Positions 60,915-64,000 of a stretch of DNA of 64,000 bases are shown one piece after another. The notes under the pieces are model-generated. The model searched no databases. It saw only the letters and a list, made by a program, of their open reading frames with translations, and had not been told where the DNA came from. This DNA is from Octopus sinensis (Eukaryota). The position numbers were made by a program, and so were the translations under genes. Location of the stretch: assembly GCF_006345805.1 (NCBI RefSeq), contig NC_042999.1:107384001-107448000 (forward strand), in the 5' to 3' direction. Numbering within the stretch: position 1 is the stretch's first letter; the number at the start of each line of letters is the position of its first letter.

Positions 60915-62222
60915 ACAGAGTTAAGCAAGGTGATCTCAAAGCACTGACACTCTGCTCCAAATACTTTACAGCTATGCTTCAAATACTGCTCTTCAGGTAA
61001 TGCGGTTTAATTTGAGAACAAACTTTAAATGCATGGTACATGATCATTTATACATGGATGACTGCAACTTAATAACTCACACAGAGCAAGGCTTACACCT
61101 ATTTAGTGCATTTAATTCTTCATGTAATATATTTGGTCTCACAATTAATTTGAAAAAAAAAAAAACTGTTGTAATGCATCAATCTGCTCCTGGAGAAAAT
61201 TCAACATACCACAGATACTAGTTAAGGGTATAGTGTTTAAGATGGTGACTTCTTTTGAACAACTGGGTTCATGATGATGGACATCTTGGCTGTGAAAATC
61301 CCTTCTTGCATTCAGAGGCCAAGAAAAGCCTTTGGTAGTCTAGAATCCAAAGTCTGGTCACAGTGCCATATCAAAGCTGATACTAAGGTGATGGTATATT
61401 CTCATTTGTTTTTTCTGCCCTGTTGTACTCTTCTGGGTCTTGGAAAATATACAACATCATGTAAAAATGTTAGGAAGATTTCACCAGAAATGTCTCAATC
61501 ACATATTCTGAATAAGAACAGTCCTCTCTCATTCCTGACACTGAGGTTCTTGCTCAAGATAGGATTACATCAATCAAAGCCATGTTTATTCGGAATCAAC
61601 TATGATAGACAGACCATCTCATCTGTATGGATAGTGAGCACATTCCCAAACAAATACTTTAGTGCGAGCTTATGCTGAGAAAGAATAAAATAGTAAGCTG
61701 AAGAAAAGATACAAAGCCTCTTTAAAATCAAATTTGAAATGCCTTAAATTTATCTTAAAAAGTCTTGAATCACTAGTGGCAGATAGGGAATCATGGAGAG
61801 CAACAATTTAGAATGGGGTTGATTTTGAGTTTGATGCTGAAATGGAAAGAAAATTTCATGAAAATTAGTGTTTCTCATTCCTTCTTTAAATGTTTCTTCT
61901 GTACAGAAATATGCACATTTCACACTTGTATAAGATTGCACCAGCATGCACTATTGGAATTTAATTCTAGATGATTAGTTTCAATGCAACGTCTGTTAAA
62001 AAAAACCTGCAAGTGACATTGAGGATTGAAGCAGCACTTGAACATTCATAATAAACAAGCATAAAATGGAGCCAATGCTGAAATGAAACAATGGTGCAAT
62101 ATATGTGATCAGCTCTTCAAATGCCTTTCAGAGATCAAAAATTGTTTGAGACCTCACACGAGGAACGAGCAATTACAGGTACATGAAGAGGTCAAGCTTT
62201 GCAAAGGGAAGACAGCCATCAA
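60915..62222 (+). pseudogene. RTE-BovB-like LINE fragment (RT C-half to 3' end)
   Basis: RVKQGDLKALTLCS.YF (cf. GVKQGCVLAPTLFS); HLYMDDC (cf. YADD); FGLTINLKKT.VMHQ.APG; AFGSL..KVW..IKADTKVMVY; distal C2H2-like remnants (CNICDQLFK, GLKQHLNIH). Confidence 0.88.
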
Positions 62223-64000
62223 GTACATATATATGTATGAAAATTGCCCCTAGGCTAGTTATATTTTACTAGTTCATATTTAATGTGATATCCAATAGGA
62301 TTCTTACATTTAAAAGTTGAATTTAGAATTAAAAATTTTTAAGTTTCAAATAGCCAACGTAAATAGTAACATACAGTCCTAAAAAGTACTACTTCTAGCC
62401 TAGTTTGGCAATAACCAAACACAAGCAGACTAATATCTGGAATGCAATGAATACCAATGTAGAATTGGGATTTTATTATTTTTCCGGGGTTGATGTGATT
62501 GACTATACCCCCACCACAAATTCCAGGCCTTGTACCTACAGTAGAAAGGATTATTTTGCTTCAACAAGCTAATGAGACATATACACATGTTTAAATGTTT
62601 TTAAAAAATGAGACAAATGCTGTTTTAAAACACTGTAGTTATACAGGAAGAAGTGGAATAAAATTAATTAAACATTTAAATTATGTATAAAAATGACTTA
62701 GAGTTTGTTTTTCTTTCTACTGCATTTAAATGAAGAGTATTTGGAATCCCCAAAATTAATTTTTATACAATTTTCTATTTCTGTAAGTGTACACACATAA
62801 ATAAATGAGGGGAGAATAAAAATACAGACTTTGATTGGTCATAATTGTTCATCCCATTTCCATTTCTTATATACAATCTCTCTTTTGCTTTCTCTATTAC
62901 AAAAATAATATCTTTCTCGATAACTCTACATCCTTCATTATAAGAAAATTCATGATCTTTTATGAGAATGTCACTGATCTTTTATGAGAATAACCCTTTC
63001 GACAGGTATCTGCTCTTATGTAAACTTTTATCTAACCACATTCAACTGTGAACATAAATACATATGTAGCAACAGGTTTCCTTATTTGAACTTTGAACAT
63101 TCAGCTTAAAGTTAAATCCAAATGCTTATAGCATATCTATATTTGATTGTGCTGACCAGAACAAGCTGCACTGTATCCTTGAACTTTATAAAAGCACCTA
63201 CTGACATTTTTCACAACCAATCATTTTGCTGCCAGTTTTGATAGATATTGACAAATGCATTTGATTGACCTAAAATATTTTAAAGAACACTTTCAATATT
63301 TTTAAGCCAGCTTTCCTAAATCCTGAAATGTGTCTCCCTTATTGCAACTGAATGCTTTGTATCTCCAGTCCCATATGAAGATGTCTTTTGACTCTTAACA
63401 TTTTATGGAAAATTCCACCAGCTTTTATTTCACGCACATTTATTTACAAAAATACATAATAAATTGTAAATTATGTACATTTTATTACTTGGTGTTATGA
63501 AACACATTTTTTAACGTATTTCCTTTTTCTTAACTCGTCATTACATCTTTTTAATCAACATTTAAAAGCCTCATAACACTACTGAACATACATTAACTTT
63601 TATGTGTTATTGTGCTCATCACAAATATTAGCATTATAGAGAGATATTTCAAATAGAGGACTCAAAGTATTTCAACAGAATGATAATTCAATGGAGGAAT
63701 ATCTGATAATATATCTACACAATACCAGTTTCAATTTTTGATCTATGCTAGCTAACTTTAACTCTTTTGTGAACATATTTCTATTGAAATAAATTGGCTG
63801 TGTGTTTCAATTAATTTTCAAACTATCCAAGAGATGGGATGGATTTCATTTAATAACTAATGTTTACCTTCTAATGTTGATGTTTGAAATGCAATTTAAT
63901 AGAAATATCTTACATAAAATTATGATGAAACATTTCAAAATAAGAACATTTTAAAATGAAAGATATTTTATCTTGGAGTCAGGTGCAGTCTCAACTGAGT

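Overview
AT-rich, microsatellite-dense eukaryotic DNA made almost entirely of transposable-element relics. I found no host protein-coding gene I can support. The SINE and LINE-tail repertoire matches my recollection of Octopus (coleoid cephalopod) genomes; this is inference, not a database result. Recognisable elements are: a Tigger/pogo transposase relic split in-frame by a SINE; a full-length dead mariner with TIRs and TA TSD; several tRNA-headed SINE families (labelled A-D here); many RTE-LINE fragments, one with twin-priming geometry; a cluster of R4/Dong-like RLE retrotransposon 3' ends inside (AAT)n tracts; hAT- and piggyBac-like MITEs; a Helitron-like N-terminal ORF; and Penelope-like terminal repeats. 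The most interesting signals lie in the (AAT)n zone at 27.9-31.8 kb: a 166-bp tandem unit whose two copies together reconstruct a minimal type I hammerhead ribozyme (retrozyme/Penelope-like), a perfect 131-bp-arm palindrome made from an old SINE copy, and the Dong-like pile-up. Other hammerhead-topology motifs and several close inverted repeats (candidate dsRNA/ADAR substrates) occur elsewhere. Nearly all ORFs in the supplied track are microsatellite or antisense-TE artefacts. Boundaries of degenerate repeats are approximate.
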